DNA from: a bacterium
GTDB lineage: Bacteria; SAR324; XYD2-FULL-50-16; G965216635
Assembly: GCA_965216635.1 (NCBI GenBank)
Contig: OZ244188.1
Span: 512,001-576,000, forward strand
Length of the DNA: 64,000 nucleotides
Direction of reading: 5' to 3'
Under the pieces are notes generated by a model. It was not told the DNA's origin, made no database searches, and saw only the letters and a program-made list of their open reading frames with translations. Each line of letters starts with the position of its first letter. Position 1 is the stretch's first letter. Below are positions 41,736 to 51,699 of this stretch, piece after piece. Position numbers and translations under genes: made by a program.

Positions 41736-43421
41736 ATGAAACCCTGCTTACGCTCCCCTGAAGAATTAATGACAGCCGATAGACTAGGATCTTTCCATTC
41801 TTCTTTTCTGAGTTTTTCTAGAAGTCTTATTCGCACTATGATTTGCCAAAAATGGCGAATTACTCCTTACAAGTTTGAATTAGATAAAGTGGGTATAGGG
41901 GAGGCAATTTATAAAATTCAAACAGCCACTGCAGAATATTATGCGGTGTTTTTTAGCAATGATTTAGCCCCTGAACTTCGCAACGACAGAGTCATCGCAG
42001 AATCTTGGGATATTGCTTTTTGTTTGTGGAGCGGAAAAATCACTAGCGATGACGTTAAGGAGCTTTCCAAAAATTTACCCCTACAAGAAAAAGGTCGTTA
42101 TAATACCAATGTTTTTTGCATTTCTAGGGCAAATAAAAGTCTACGTCTTTTTGAATATATTGCGGACTGTCTCTCCAAAGGAGAACAGCCCGATATCCAA
42201 AAAATAAAAAAAACAGGCTATCTTGTTCGCACTACGGCGGTTTATGGCAATGGAAAATTTGGTATGGCTGACTACTTAAAACTCAAAGAAGGCGATTTTG
42301 CAGCATGTTTTCGCGTCCAGATGTTGACGGTTTATATTGCTAGAATTTTTACCGTAGAATTGGTAGAGCATATTGCAAAAAACAGAAACCCTCAAAAAGC
42401 AGTCAAACTATCTCCAAAAATCCAGCAATTTATCGGCATTGGAAATTCTACAGGTTTAGGTATGGCTCCTTTTCTAATAAAACACCCACAAGTGATTGAT
42501 AGCTGGGTCAGACAAAGAGAGCAGGCTCTTTATGAAATTATTTACAACGAAAAAACCAGTAAAATAGAAAATTACAAAAAATATATTCACAAAGCCCAGT
42601 TATTTTTTAGTGATTTTCAAGTACCAGATAAAAACCAACAACAAAAAAACGATTCTATTGTTTTGGGATTAAAAAAAATTTTTCCTCAATTAAAAAAACA
42701 AACTAGCAACAAAGAAATCTGGCAATGGCTTCAAAATCACAACCCAGAAACCCAAGAATTATTTTTGAATATTTTTTTAGAAAGTTATCCTGAAATTTCT
42801 CAAAAATACGATAAATTTCCTTTTGTGATTAAAGAACAAGATCGCTTAACTGCTCCAGAATGGGATGCCCCAATAAACGAAAGAAGAATAAAAGAGCCCC
42901 TTTCTTGTAAATCCATCGCTCATTTAATAGAAAAAAATTATGCTTGGGCGGTGAAAATAGATTTCACAAAACCTCAAAATCAATATATTTTTTGGTATCG
43001 CTCTGAAGAAAAAGAAGAACCCAGAATAGGGCAAAGGCACCAGGAAGAAGGAGAAGAAAAAGAAATGAAAATAGATATTGCTCGTAGCGTCCAAAAACTA
43101 TACAGGGCATTAATAGCTCTGCCTGATGAAAAAAAAAATCAAACGATTAGTGAATTTTTACTATTTTCTCCAGAATTTTCTGCTGAAATAAAAAGAGTGC
43201 TGAACTATTCAAAGCAGCCTTATGGAGAAATTCGTAGCAATATTTTGGCAAAAAATTTCCATCCTATAGATATTTTAAGACTCAAACTTTCTTTTTTTGG
43301 TGCTGTAAAATTTGATCCAAAATCGGATAAATGGCTTCGCATTACTCTTTTTCAAGGAGCTCCATTGTTAAGCAAAGATGGGTTTGTTGAAAAAAATGAC
43401 GATTGGTTTTTATATGTATAG
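41736..43421 (+). CDS. Conserved hypothetical protein (561 aa)
   Basis: Conserved-looking motifs RTTAVYGNGKFG, GIGNSTGLGMAPFL, FWYRSEEKEEPR, KFDPKSD.W.RIT.FQGAP. Confidence 0.75.
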   Translation: MKPCLRSPEELMTADRLGSFHSSFLSFSRSLIRTMICQKWRITPYKFELDKVGIGEAIYKIQTATAEYYAVFFSNDLAPELRNDRVIAESWDIAFCLWSGKITSDDVKELSKNLPLQEKGRYNTNVFCISRANKSLRLFEYIADCLSKGEQPDIQKIKKTGYLVRTTAVYGNGKFGMADYLKLKEGDFAACFRVQMLTVYIARIFTVELVEHIAKNRNPQKAVKLSPKIQQFIGIGNSTGLGMAPFLIKHPQVIDSWVRQREQALYEIIYNEKTSKIENYKKYIHKAQLFFSDFQVPDKNQQQKNDSIVLGLKKIFPQLKKQTSNKEIWQWLQNHNPETQELFLNIFLESYPEISQKYDKFPFVIKEQDRLTAPEWDAPINERRIKEPLSCKSIAHLIEKNYAWAVKIDFTKPQNQYIFWYRSEEKEEPRIGQRHQEEGEEKEMKIDIARSVQKLYRALIALPDEKKNQTISEFLLFSPEFSAEIKRVLNYSKQPYGEIRSNILAKNFHPIDILRLKLSFFGAVKFDPKSDKWLRITLFQGAPLLSKDGFVEKNDDWFLYV

Positions 43422-43678
43422 ACTTTTGAATTTCGCTGATGTGACGGCTAGGCAAGGCGAAAATTTGTGAAACAGCGGAGCATACACGCTAGTATGTGAG
43501 CATTTTTCATAAATTTTTAATGGCGTAGTGCAATGCATTACAAAACTTGCATTAAGCAAGAATGAACTGTGAAATAGCCCTTTGGCTGTTTCACAAATAG
43601 CCCATACGAAGCGTCAAGCAATAAGCTCGTTTTGGCTAAACAGCTAGTTTTGTCCTATTTGGCAAATTCAAAAGTCTA
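43419..43678. mobile_element. MITE copy starting in the stop codon of the upstream gene
   Basis: TAGACTTTTGAATTT...AAATTCAAAAGTCTA. Confidence 0.85.
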
Positions 43679-43702
43679 TTGTACGAAAAATAATTAAGCA
43701 AA

Positions 43703-44449
43703 ATGATTAAATTATCCCTCAATGAACTAGAAAATAGTATCTACAAAGCGGCAGAAAGCCATTTTTTTGCAGAAGGATTTTGTGTTTCTAGTATGCAGGC
43801 TGTTAGCTTTTTAGAGGCTATAGGATTAAACGCAGTAGCAGCTTTTTTGAAATTTCTCGAAAATTATGATGGCACATACCCAGAGCTAAAAATTATACAA
43901 ACAAAAGAAAATAACCTAGAAATAGATTTTCAAAATACGAGTTGTATTTCTTGTGCGGAAAATATTGCTAATTTTGCGGTGGAAAAAATTTATTCACACA
44001 AACAAGTTTTTTTTAAAAACACAACAGATTGTATTTTTTTGCTTCCCCATCTTTTGAAGAATCATTTTTGGGGCGAACTTATAGATTCTGCAATTCATTT
44101 CCAATTTCTAAATGGATGGCAAACTCAGGAGAGTAGTATTACGGCAATTATTTCTCCCAAAGAACGTTATCCAAAGCTGATTTATCAAAAACCCGAGTCC
44201 CCTTTTCAAAACCAACTTTCTTTATCTGCTAACGAAGAAGCAATTCCAAAGTACGGTATAGTTTGTAGTCAAACAGCTGTAGAACTGGCTACTCATTTCC
44301 AAAGCAATCTTCAACAAGGCATTTCTATTCCAAAACAATTGTGGGATAGCTTAACAAAACAGGCAAAAAAAATTCTTGTCCAAAACACAGTGGAGTCCCG
44401 TGAAGGTGCTGGAGAATCCAAAAACCTCATAGATCCTGAAGATATTTAA
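43703..44449 (+). CDS. DUF3726-like protein
   Basis: N-terminal SLNE....KAA...G; C-terminal W..L...A...LV....SR.GAG. Confidence 0.6.
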   Translation: MIKLSLNELENSIYKAAESHFFAEGFCVSSMQAVSFLEAIGLNAVAAFLKFLENYDGTYPELKIIQTKENNLEIDFQNTSCISCAENIANFAVEKIYSHKQVFFKNTTDCIFLLPHLLKNHFWGELIDSAIHFQFLNGWQTQESSITAIISPKERYPKLIYQKPESPFQNQLSLSANEEAIPKYGIVCSQTAVELATHFQSNLQQGISIPKQLWDSLTKQAKKILVQNTVESREGAGESKNLIDPEDI

Positions 44450-44596
44450 AACTCCAAGAGAGAATTAAAACCCCAAGAGAGAATTAAAACCCCAAGAGAG
44501 AATTAAAACCCCAAGAGAGAATTAAAACCCCAAGAGAGAATTAAAACTCAAAGAGAGAATTAAAACCCCAAGAGAGAATTAAAACCCCAAGAGAGA
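44446..44596. repeat. 19-bp tandem repeat (TTAAAACCCCAAGAGAGAA) x ~8
   Basis: Read directly. Confidence 0.9.
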
Positions 44597-44682
44597 TTAT
44601 TGAATTAGAATATTCTAGTTCGGCAAAACAGGCTTTAGTATCTCCGCTAAAATTATTACTACTGCCTAATCCAAAGGAATCA

Positions 44683-46770
44683 TTATTCCAAAGGTTTTTT
44701 AATCTCTTGTTGAAAATGCCAAGTTTCTAGTTGTTTGATAGCTTTATGTTTTTGGTAAGCGGTAAGAAGAGATACAAATTTAGCAGAGTTGATTTTTTCT
44801 AGCTTGCCTCCAACCTTATCCTGCCATTGATAAAAATTATGTTTTTCACCAATCAAAACAGCTCCTTGCTCGTTGATGATAAAATTTTTATTGATAGCGA
44901 ATGTTTGAATGTGGCTTTTTGATAAGAGATTGTTTCCGCTAGCAAAATACTTCGTATTAGAAAAAATATTATTGAATATTGTAGGAAAAACATCTCTGTG
45001 CGAGCCGATTCTATTTTTATCAAAGAAAACGTTTTGTCTGTATTTTTCTGGAAGATAAAGATAAAAAGGAACAGAAAAATTACCGAACATATCGGATTCA
45101 TTAGCAGCGTAGTTAAAAACTGATCTAGCATAATGGTCTCCTACTGCGGCGATAACTACTTTTTTTTTAAGGTTATGGTTTTTTTTGACGGCAGAGATAA
45201 AAGTTCCTAGAGAATTACTTGTGTATTGATAAGCTTCAAATACTTTTTTTGTTTTTTTGTTACTATCGGTTAGCAGTGCTTTTTGCAATTCTGTGGGTAT
45301 TTTTTCAATAGGGTGAGCTTTATATTTTTTTGGCAAAAAATAGGGACTGTGGTTGCTGGTAGTTAGAAAGAATATAAAGAGTGGTTTGTCTTCTTTTTTG
45401 TTTTTGAGTTTTTCCAAAATAGAAAGAAAAACTGTATCTTCGTAGCCTCCATAAAAATTTATTTCAGCTTTAGGATAGCTTTTTTTTAGATCATTCCAGC
45501 CGTAAATTTCATCAAATCCTAAAGAAGTGAGATAATCTCCTAGGTTATGCCAGTTTTTTCCACCGTTAGTTATAAAAACAGTTTTGTAGCCTTGTTTTTT
45601 AAAAACATTAGGAATCGCTGATTCCAGAGATATTTTGTCGTATTTGGAGAGAGTAATATCTATACCTGTAAAATTTACTAATAAATTTTGCATGGAGGCA
45701 AAGGTATGCTGCTCTGATGAAAGAAAGTTTTGGAAAAAAAAATCTTCCTTAGTATGGGATTCTAAGTTCCCAAGCATATTGAGTGTGTTTTTATTGTGGA
45801 ATTTTAAGAGATGATTGCCCCAGCTTTCCATCAATACAAAAACTGTATCTGGTTTTTCTTTTGTTTTTAGTTGAGGTGTTTTTGCGTATAGCTTTTCCTT
45901 TAACGACTCAGGAGAAACAGAAGTTTTAGGAAAAAGAGTTTTAAAAGCAGATAGAGCTTCGTGAATTTTTACTGTTCTGAGTTTTTCGGCTTTGTGTTTT
46001 TTATCGTCTTCAAAGGCTACATAGAGCGAAGCTACTCCATTGATGGCGCTGGTTGTAAGCAAGTGGTGTGGTGTTACCTCGGTGTCTCTATGAAATCTAT
46101 AAACAGTAGAAGGGTCTAGAGTTCCTCTCGCACAAACGAACAGAAAAAAAAACAAAACCACTGCATAAATTGTTTTGCCATACCATTTTTTCCATTTTTT
46201 TAGATTCCTATGAGTAGTAACCTCCTGAGTAGGACTCCATTTAAGCAAAATTATTTGTAGTAAACGGTGGGTGTAAAATACAACAACGAAACCAAAAATC
46301 AAAAGAAAAAACAGTAAAGGAAGAAAAAATTCTCCTTTGAGATAGAAAAAAAGATCTCCGAAGGTTTCGTTTTGTGCTTCAAAAATAAAATTATCAATAT
46401 TTTTATGATAAGGCTGGTAATAAAAAAAATTGATAAAACTAATAAAAAAACTCATCTCTAAGGAAATCAAACCTGCATAAGGAATAAAACGGGAGAAAAT
46501 TTTGATTGGCACTTTTAGAGGCAAAAGCCAAAGGAAAGTTCCTAAAAGAAAAAAAAGAATTACAAAAGTAGCAAATATTTTCACAGCAGATCTAATACCA
46601 GCCCCAAAAGCTAAGCTAAGATCTTTTGCATCTGCTAAAAAATTAAAGTCTCCATACTTTACAATGATGGCTAGCTGAAAAAGTAGCATCATCAAAGTGC
46701 CTGCTAGAATATAAAATAAAAAGTAAGCATTGGTTTTATGCCAGCAATCAAAATTGGTTTTGTTTTGCAC
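44683..46770 (-). CDS. LTA synthase/sulfatase family membrane protein
   Basis: N-terminal TMs, VLMESW, T.SNHSPY, GDH, SHRDVFPT. Confidence 0.88.
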   Translation of the reverse strand: MQNKTNFDCWHKTNAYFLFYILAGTLMMLLFQLAIIVKYGDFNFLADAKDLSLAFGAGIRSAVKIFATFVILFFLLGTFLWLLPLKVPIKIFSRFIPYAGLISLEMSFFISFINFFYYQPYHKNIDNFIFEAQNETFGDLFFYLKGEFFLPLLFFLLIFGFVVVFYTHRLLQIILLKWSPTQEVTTHRNLKKWKKWYGKTIYAVVLFFFLFVCARGTLDPSTVYRFHRDTEVTPHHLLTTSAINGVASLYVAFEDDKKHKAEKLRTVKIHEALSAFKTLFPKTSVSPESLKEKLYAKTPQLKTKEKPDTVFVLMESWGNHLLKFHNKNTLNMLGNLESHTKEDFFFQNFLSSEQHTFASMQNLLVNFTGIDITLSKYDKISLESAIPNVFKKQGYKTVFITNGGKNWHNLGDYLTSLGFDEIYGWNDLKKSYPKAEINFYGGYEDTVFLSILEKLKNKKEDKPLFIFFLTTSNHSPYFLPKKYKAHPIEKIPTELQKALLTDSNKKTKKVFEAYQYTSNSLGTFISAVKKNHNLKKKVVIAAVGDHYARSVFNYAANESDMFGNFSVPFYLYLPEKYRQNVFFDKNRIGSHRDVFPTIFNNIFSNTKYFASGNNLLSKSHIQTFAINKNFIINEQGAVLIGEKHNFYQWQDKVGGKLEKINSAKFVSLLTAYQKHKAIKQLETWHFQQEIKKPLE

Positions 46771-46807
46771 GAATTTTTTGTTATTCAGGTTTGTTTTTAA
46801 ATAGCAT

Positions 46808-47704
46808 TTAATTTGGCATTTGTCTCTGCTGTTTGTTTTTATTTTGGCTTAAATAGTAGATAGAAATAATAATAATAGCAGCTCCTACAAGTTGCCAGAG
46901 AGAGTATTTTTCATTGAGGACTATAAAGGCTATGACAAGAGTGAATACAGGACTAACCGTACTTATGATAGCAGAGTTATTGGCTCCGATTTTTTTTACT
47001 GCTTCTGCAAAAAGAGTCAAAGGCAGGGCTGTAGAAAAAATCGCCATCATAACACACCAAAAAAAAGCTTGTTGGTTCAAAGAAAGTTCTGCTGCTTTAT
47101 TGGTTAAAGAAAAATCTAGTGCTATGAAACCAAAAGCAAAGGAAACAACAAGTGCAACAAGATATTGACTGTCTATTTTGCCTCCTCTCTGAGATAGCAA
47201 AACAATATAGAAAGCGTAGGCTAACGCTGATATAAAAGAAAATGTTGCTCCGTAAAAATTCACATCCAATAAATCTGCACTATAAGCCCCAAGTATGAGA
47301 AATAAGCCTAGCTGACAAAACAGCATACTTCCTATGGTAGCTAAATTCGGTATTTTTATTTTGATGAGGCTGTTTAAAATCACTACAAACACGGGATAGG
47401 TAAAAAGGATCATTCTTGAAATTCCAGCTCCAATCCATTGAAGAGCAATATAGTCGGCTTTAGAGCCGATGTAATAACCAAAAAAACTCAAAGCTAAAAT
47501 AAAGAAAAAATCAGAGGGATTACTTTTTTTTAGATAGTGCAGTTTTTTTTTATAGATCAAAAAAAGCCAAACTAAAGGCAAACTGATAGCAAAACGATAA
47601 AACAAACTTGCATCTACAGTAGCTCCAGCAGCAAAAGCTAGCTTAGCAAACACTCCTTTCATAGATAAAAGAAAGCTAGCAAAGATAACAAAAAAAATAG
47701 GCAT
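46808..47704 (-). CDS. DMT/EamA family transporter
   Basis: About 10 TM, two EamA repeats, TYP and SPV motifs. Confidence 0.9.
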   Translation of the reverse strand: MPIFFVIFASFLLSMKGVFAKLAFAAGATVDASLFYRFAISLPLVWLFLIYKKKLHYLKKSNPSDFFFILALSFFGYYIGSKADYIALQWIGAGISRMILFTYPVFVVILNSLIKIKIPNLATIGSMLFCQLGLFLILGAYSADLLDVNFYGATFSFISALAYAFYIVLLSQRGGKIDSQYLVALVVSFAFGFIALDFSLTNKAAELSLNQQAFFWCVMMAIFSTALPLTLFAEAVKKIGANNSAIISTVSPVFTLVIAFIVLNEKYSLWQLVGAAIIIISIYYLSQNKNKQQRQMPN

Positions 47705-47707
47705 AAT
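47572..47707. repeat. Left direct repeat of island (EamA 5' end), paired with 59648-59783
   Basis: 133/136 identical by eye. Confidence 0.92.
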
Positions 47708-47812
47708 AAAATGAGAGACTTTTTCATTAGCCTATCTTAAACAGAACACTAGTGCAAGGTTTTTAACTAATCTGTTTTTTAAAGAAATATATGGGAGTGA
47801 AGCATTTTTATG

Positions 47813-47952
47813 TATAAAAAAGTTATATTTTTTGCTTGTTTATGTCTAAAAAAGTTATATTTTTTGCTTGTTTATGTCTAAAAATTATAAAAAAGTTATA
47901 TTTTTTGCTTGTTTATGTCTAAAAATTATAAAAAAGTTATATTTTTTACTTG
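47813..47952. repeat. AT-rich tandem repeat (AAAAAAGTTATATTTTTTGCTTGTTTATGTCT core) x4
   Basis: Read directly. Confidence 0.8.
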
Positions 47953-48306
47953 TAAATTAAGTTTTTTTTGAAAAAAACTTTTCTGCTTAAAACTACGGTT
48001 TCCCTACTCGCTAAAGGAATTTTTCATTAAAATTTATATTTTTTACTTGATAAAAACCTTTTTTATTATAATTTTAAATCACTTTTTTGATTTTTTAAAA
48101 TACCTGCCGTAAAAAATTTTATTCCTTCTAAAATAACATTTAGACTATAAAATTAGTCTATTTTTTGTTTTTCTTTGTAGAAATATAAGGAGAAGGCTTT
48201 ATATCCAACCTTAAAAAAGCATTCGTTAAGAAAAATTCTACGATTTTTTCTTTTTCTAATGTCAATTTAAGCTTTTTTGCCTTCTTTAAAACTACTTTCA
48301 ATTTTT

Positions 48307-48771
48307 CTATTTTTTTTTTTTATAAATTTTTTCACTTGGCTCGTGTGAAATTTTATAAATTTTAGATAATAACCTCCAAGATGTTTTTTGACTAACATCT
48401 ATCGCTTCTGCCAGTTGGTAACTAGAAATCTGTTCATTAGGATTTAATGCCAGATAAATAGCGTATACCCATTTTCTCAATTCTACTTTAGAAGATGCAA
48501 AAAACTTTGATTCGCTTATAGCAGTGAATTTAATCCTGCAATCCTTACAAAGATATTGCCCTGCAATTTTTTTGTTTTTCCAAATTCTATGAGATTGATT
48601 TTCAGCCAATTCAAAAGAAGGGCAAATTGGATTTTTGCCCCACAACACATTTTCAAGAAACTTCCTAATACTTTCATTGGTTGAAAACCTAGAAAATAAT
48701 TCATAAATCTCAATAGGATTTTTTTTTGATTTATCCATTTTATTATTTTTTGAGACTGTTGAATTAGGCAC
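48307..48771 (-). pseudogene. IS1595-family transposase N-terminal remnant (Zn-ribbon + HTH, no DDE)
   Basis: FLE..LW...P.CP, Y.CKDCR.KFT, SKV.LRKW..AIYL, ISS.QLA..I.VSQKT.W. Confidence 0.75.
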
Positions 48772-49191
48772 TAATAGGAAAGCCAGACAAGGTAAAAAAA
48801 AAATTTACCCAAGGTATAGCTTGATTAGCCTTCTGATTTTAAATAGGTAGAACGTCTAATTCAAAAGTCCCTATTTGTTAAGAGACCATTCTTGGTCTCA
48901 TTTTTTATTAACGGCTAAAAAGTATAACATTTTCTTATAATTTATAAAATAATAAGGTAGGTATTTGTTGATTATTGGAATGAAAAAGTGGCAATTAAGC
49001 CCTATTTTATAACTTTCTAAGGTAGATATTTGTTAACTATTGAGATGCGATAAAGGTCATATATCCCTTATTTTATAAAGCTATAAGCGGAAGTTTGTTA
49101 ATTCTTGTATGTTAAAAATTGAATTGAAACTTGGAATTGAAATAAAATTTGATTATCTTTTCAAATTTTTTCACTAAAAACAGAAAATATA

Positions 49192-50409
49192 ATGGCTATA
49201 AAAAAGTTTGAAGCAATGCAGGGAGAATTTAAAACGACAGAAGTAGGTGGTAATGAGATTATTTGCGATCTTTTATTTTTAAATATTAAAAATGAGACTC
49301 TTGCACTTACTAAAGTTAGAGTTCCTAATTTAAAGGGATTAGAGGAGCAAATAGCCAATATTAGTGAGCATAGGACAATCTGCAAAGAAATAGAGAATTT
49401 AGTTAATAACTGCGGTTATGCAAGTAAAAGGTGTGATAAAGCAATTAGGCGGTTATTGAGGGAAATCAAAGCGCAAACCCAACCAAAAAAACATTCTCTT
49501 CCTCTTATTCTCTTTTTTTATTTTTTAAGAGGAGGTTTGAAAAATAAAGTTAAAAGCTATTTTAATAGTTTAGAAGAAAAAATAAATTCCGTACAAGAAG
49601 CGAATAGCCTAGTAAAATATTTTGAAGACAAAAAGAAAAAAGAAATAGAAAAAGGGGCATCTAGATATTTAATCAAAAAACCAGAAAGTGTTATTGACTT
49701 AGACGAAGAGCAAATACAAAAAATCAAAACAAAAATAATTAGACTCAAAGAAATTGAATCAAGAGAAAAAAGATTTTTTGAAGCAAATCCTGTTACCGTA
49801 GAAAACCTCCAAGAATTAGAATTATCTTACTTTTTCATAGCTAATAGGAGATTTCTTACTTCAAAAACCTACCATTTAAAATTTGAAGTACATTTTGAAA
49901 TATCTCCAAAGAATGATTTAAGAAAAAAAGAAATAAGAAAACACCAAGAACAAAATAATATTATAGAAACCATAAATGGGAGTGTAGTTATTACTCCGCC
50001 CCTTCAGGCTATGTACTGTTTTTCTATCATTGGTTGCGTATTAGGTTTTATGATGGTTTCTTTATTAAAAATTAAAAATATGAATGAACTTATAAAGGAA
50101 AAGAATTTCAATGATTTCTTTTTAAGTGTTTCTCAAGGAATAGAATGGAGGTTTTTTGTCTTAACTCTTTTTTTAACTCCATTAGTTTATTTCGTGATTA
50201 TAAATTTTAAAAAAAAAATATTTGAAAATTTTAGAGGTAATGTGAACTACCCTCTTTTTACAGGAGTTGCAGTAGGTCTTTTTCATAACACTCTTCCTAG
50301 TATTTTGGAATCTTTGAATAGAGAATTTAGTAGAATTTTTAAAAAGTTTTTAAGGGTAATTCCTGAAGAAACAACAGAGTCACTCATAAAATTAACAGAT
50401 TTAGTCTAA
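49192..50409 (+). CDS. Hypothetical protein with ~3 C-terminal TM helices
   Basis: 405-aa ORF; stop overlaps the muramidase start (TAATG). Confidence 0.7.
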   Translation: MAIKKFEAMQGEFKTTEVGGNEIICDLLFLNIKNETLALTKVRVPNLKGLEEQIANISEHRTICKEIENLVNNCGYASKRCDKAIRRLLREIKAQTQPKKHSLPLILFFYFLRGGLKNKVKSYFNSLEEKINSVQEANSLVKYFEDKKKKEIEKGASRYLIKKPESVIDLDEEQIQKIKTKIIRLKEIESREKRFFEANPVTVENLQELELSYFFIANRRFLTSKTYHLKFEVHFEISPKNDLRKKEIRKHQEQNNIIETINGSVVITPPLQAMYCFSIIGCVLGFMMVSLLKIKNMNELIKEKNFNDFFLSVSQGIEWRFFVLTLFLTPLVYFVIINFKKKIFENFRGNVNYPLFTGVAVGLFHNTLPSILESLNREFSRIFKKFLRVIPEETTESLIKLTDLV

Positions 50410-50897
50410 TGGCAGATTTTCAAGAAGCAATAGATAAAACACTCGCTTGGGAAGGCGGTTATGTCAATGATCCCAAAGATCCGGGCGGAGAAACAAATTT
50501 TGGTATTTCTAAAAGAGCCCATCCAAAAGTAGAGATTAGAAGACTCACACGAGAAAAAGCCTGCGAAATATACAAAACGCATTATTGGGACCCCGTATTT
50601 GGAGATAAAATAAAATCTCAAATAACAGCAGAAAAGATTTTTGATATAGGAGTCAATACAGGAGTGAGAAGAACTTCAAAATTTGCCCAAGCAGCAGCGG
50701 GTTTGAGCGATAAAGATATAGATGGTCGTATAGGTCCAAAAAGTGTCCAAGCCATCAACAAGACAAGCGATGAACTTTTTATGTTGCGATTGACAGTTTT
50801 ACAAGTAGCTCACTACACCAATATTTGTAGGAAAAGACCAGATTCAAGGAAATTTCTTGTGGGTTGGTTGAAGAGAGCGTTAGGAGAACATATTTAA
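50409..50897 (+). CDS. Glycoside hydrolase family 108 muramidase with C-terminal PG-binding region
   Basis: EGGYVNDPKDPGGETNFGIS, Y...YW, FD.GVN.G, DG.IGPK, F..GW..R. Confidence 0.92.
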   Translation: MADFQEAIDKTLAWEGGYVNDPKDPGGETNFGISKRAHPKVEIRRLTREKACEIYKTHYWDPVFGDKIKSQITAEKIFDIGVNTGVRRTSKFAQAAAGLSDKDIDGRIGPKSVQAINKTSDELFMLRLTVLQVAHYTNICRKRPDSRKFLVGWLKRALGEHI

Positions 50898-50960
50898 TGC
50901 AAAAAATGAATTTCTTATGGAGAACATATTTAATAAAAAACTATTTCTGAAAAAATAAAC

Positions 50961-51452
50961 ATGAATTTTTTAAAATTACTAGGTGGCGGTTTCACCAAAA
51001 CAGTGAGCAATCTAATAGATAATGTCCACACCTCAGAAGAGGAAAAACTAGAGGCAAAATTAGAAATACAAAAGCTGACCTCTGAGCACCAGTATCGCAT
51101 GGAAAAGCTACAAGCCGATAGAGACATCGCCCAAGTAGAACTAGCCAAAGGACAACTGGAAATAAACAAAGAAGAAGCAAAAAGTGGAAGTACTTTTATT
51201 GCAGGCTGGAGACCAGCAATAGGTTGGATTGGAGTTTTTGCAATGGCGTATCAATTTGTGCTTTACCCTTTTTTTGTATGGGGAACAAAGTTAATTTTTA
51301 GAGATTTAGAAGAATTAGAAAGAATCCTCCCCCCGAAACTAGATTGGCAACTCCTCTGGCCCATTATAGCAGGAATGCTCGGCATAGGAGGTATGAGAAG
51401 CTACGACAAACTAAAACACACAGATACTAAAAAAATCTCTAAACAAAAATAA
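50961..51452 (+). CDS. 3TM-type holin (GTA holin/DUF3154 family)
   Basis: ID....SEEEK, Q.EINK.EA, F.AGWRPAIGW, GMLG.GG.RSYDK. Confidence 0.85.
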   Translation: MNFLKLLGGGFTKTVSNLIDNVHTSEEEKLEAKLEIQKLTSEHQYRMEKLQADRDIAQVELAKGQLEINKEEAKSGSTFIAGWRPAIGWIGVFAMAYQFVLYPFFVWGTKLIFRDLEELERILPPKLDWQLLWPIIAGMLGIGGMRSYDKLKHTDTKKISKQK

Positions 51453-51630
51453 CCAATGCAATATTTTTTATTCAATGCAAAAACAACCGATGCAATATTT
51501 TTATTTAACAAACAAAGCAAAAACAACCAATGCAATATTTTTATTTAACAAACAAAGCAAAAACAACCGACGCAATATTTTTATTTAACAAACAAAGCAA
51601 AAACAACCAATGCAATATTTTTTATTCAAT
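51451..51630. repeat. 40-bp tandem repeat x ~4.5
   Basis: AAACAACCRAYGCAATATTTTTATT at 51481, 51521, 51561, 51601 plus a partial first unit. Confidence 0.9.
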
Positions 51631-51662
51631 TTTTCACTAACAAAAAAGATGTTTTTAAAACC

Positions 51663-51699
51663 AGATAAAATGCTTTTCACTTTGAAAAACATTTTATCT
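51663..51699 (+). promoter_or_regulatory. Long stem-loop upstream of first DUF2589 gene
   Basis: AGATAAAATGCTTTTCA-CTT-TGAAAAACATTTTATCT, then RBS AAGGAGA. Confidence 0.55.

Noticed and set aside
44446..51630. 19-bp, AT-rich, 65-bp and 40-bp repeats as CRISPR arrays or iterons
   Set aside because: Head-to-tail or degenerate units without clear spacers; no cas or rep gene in the window
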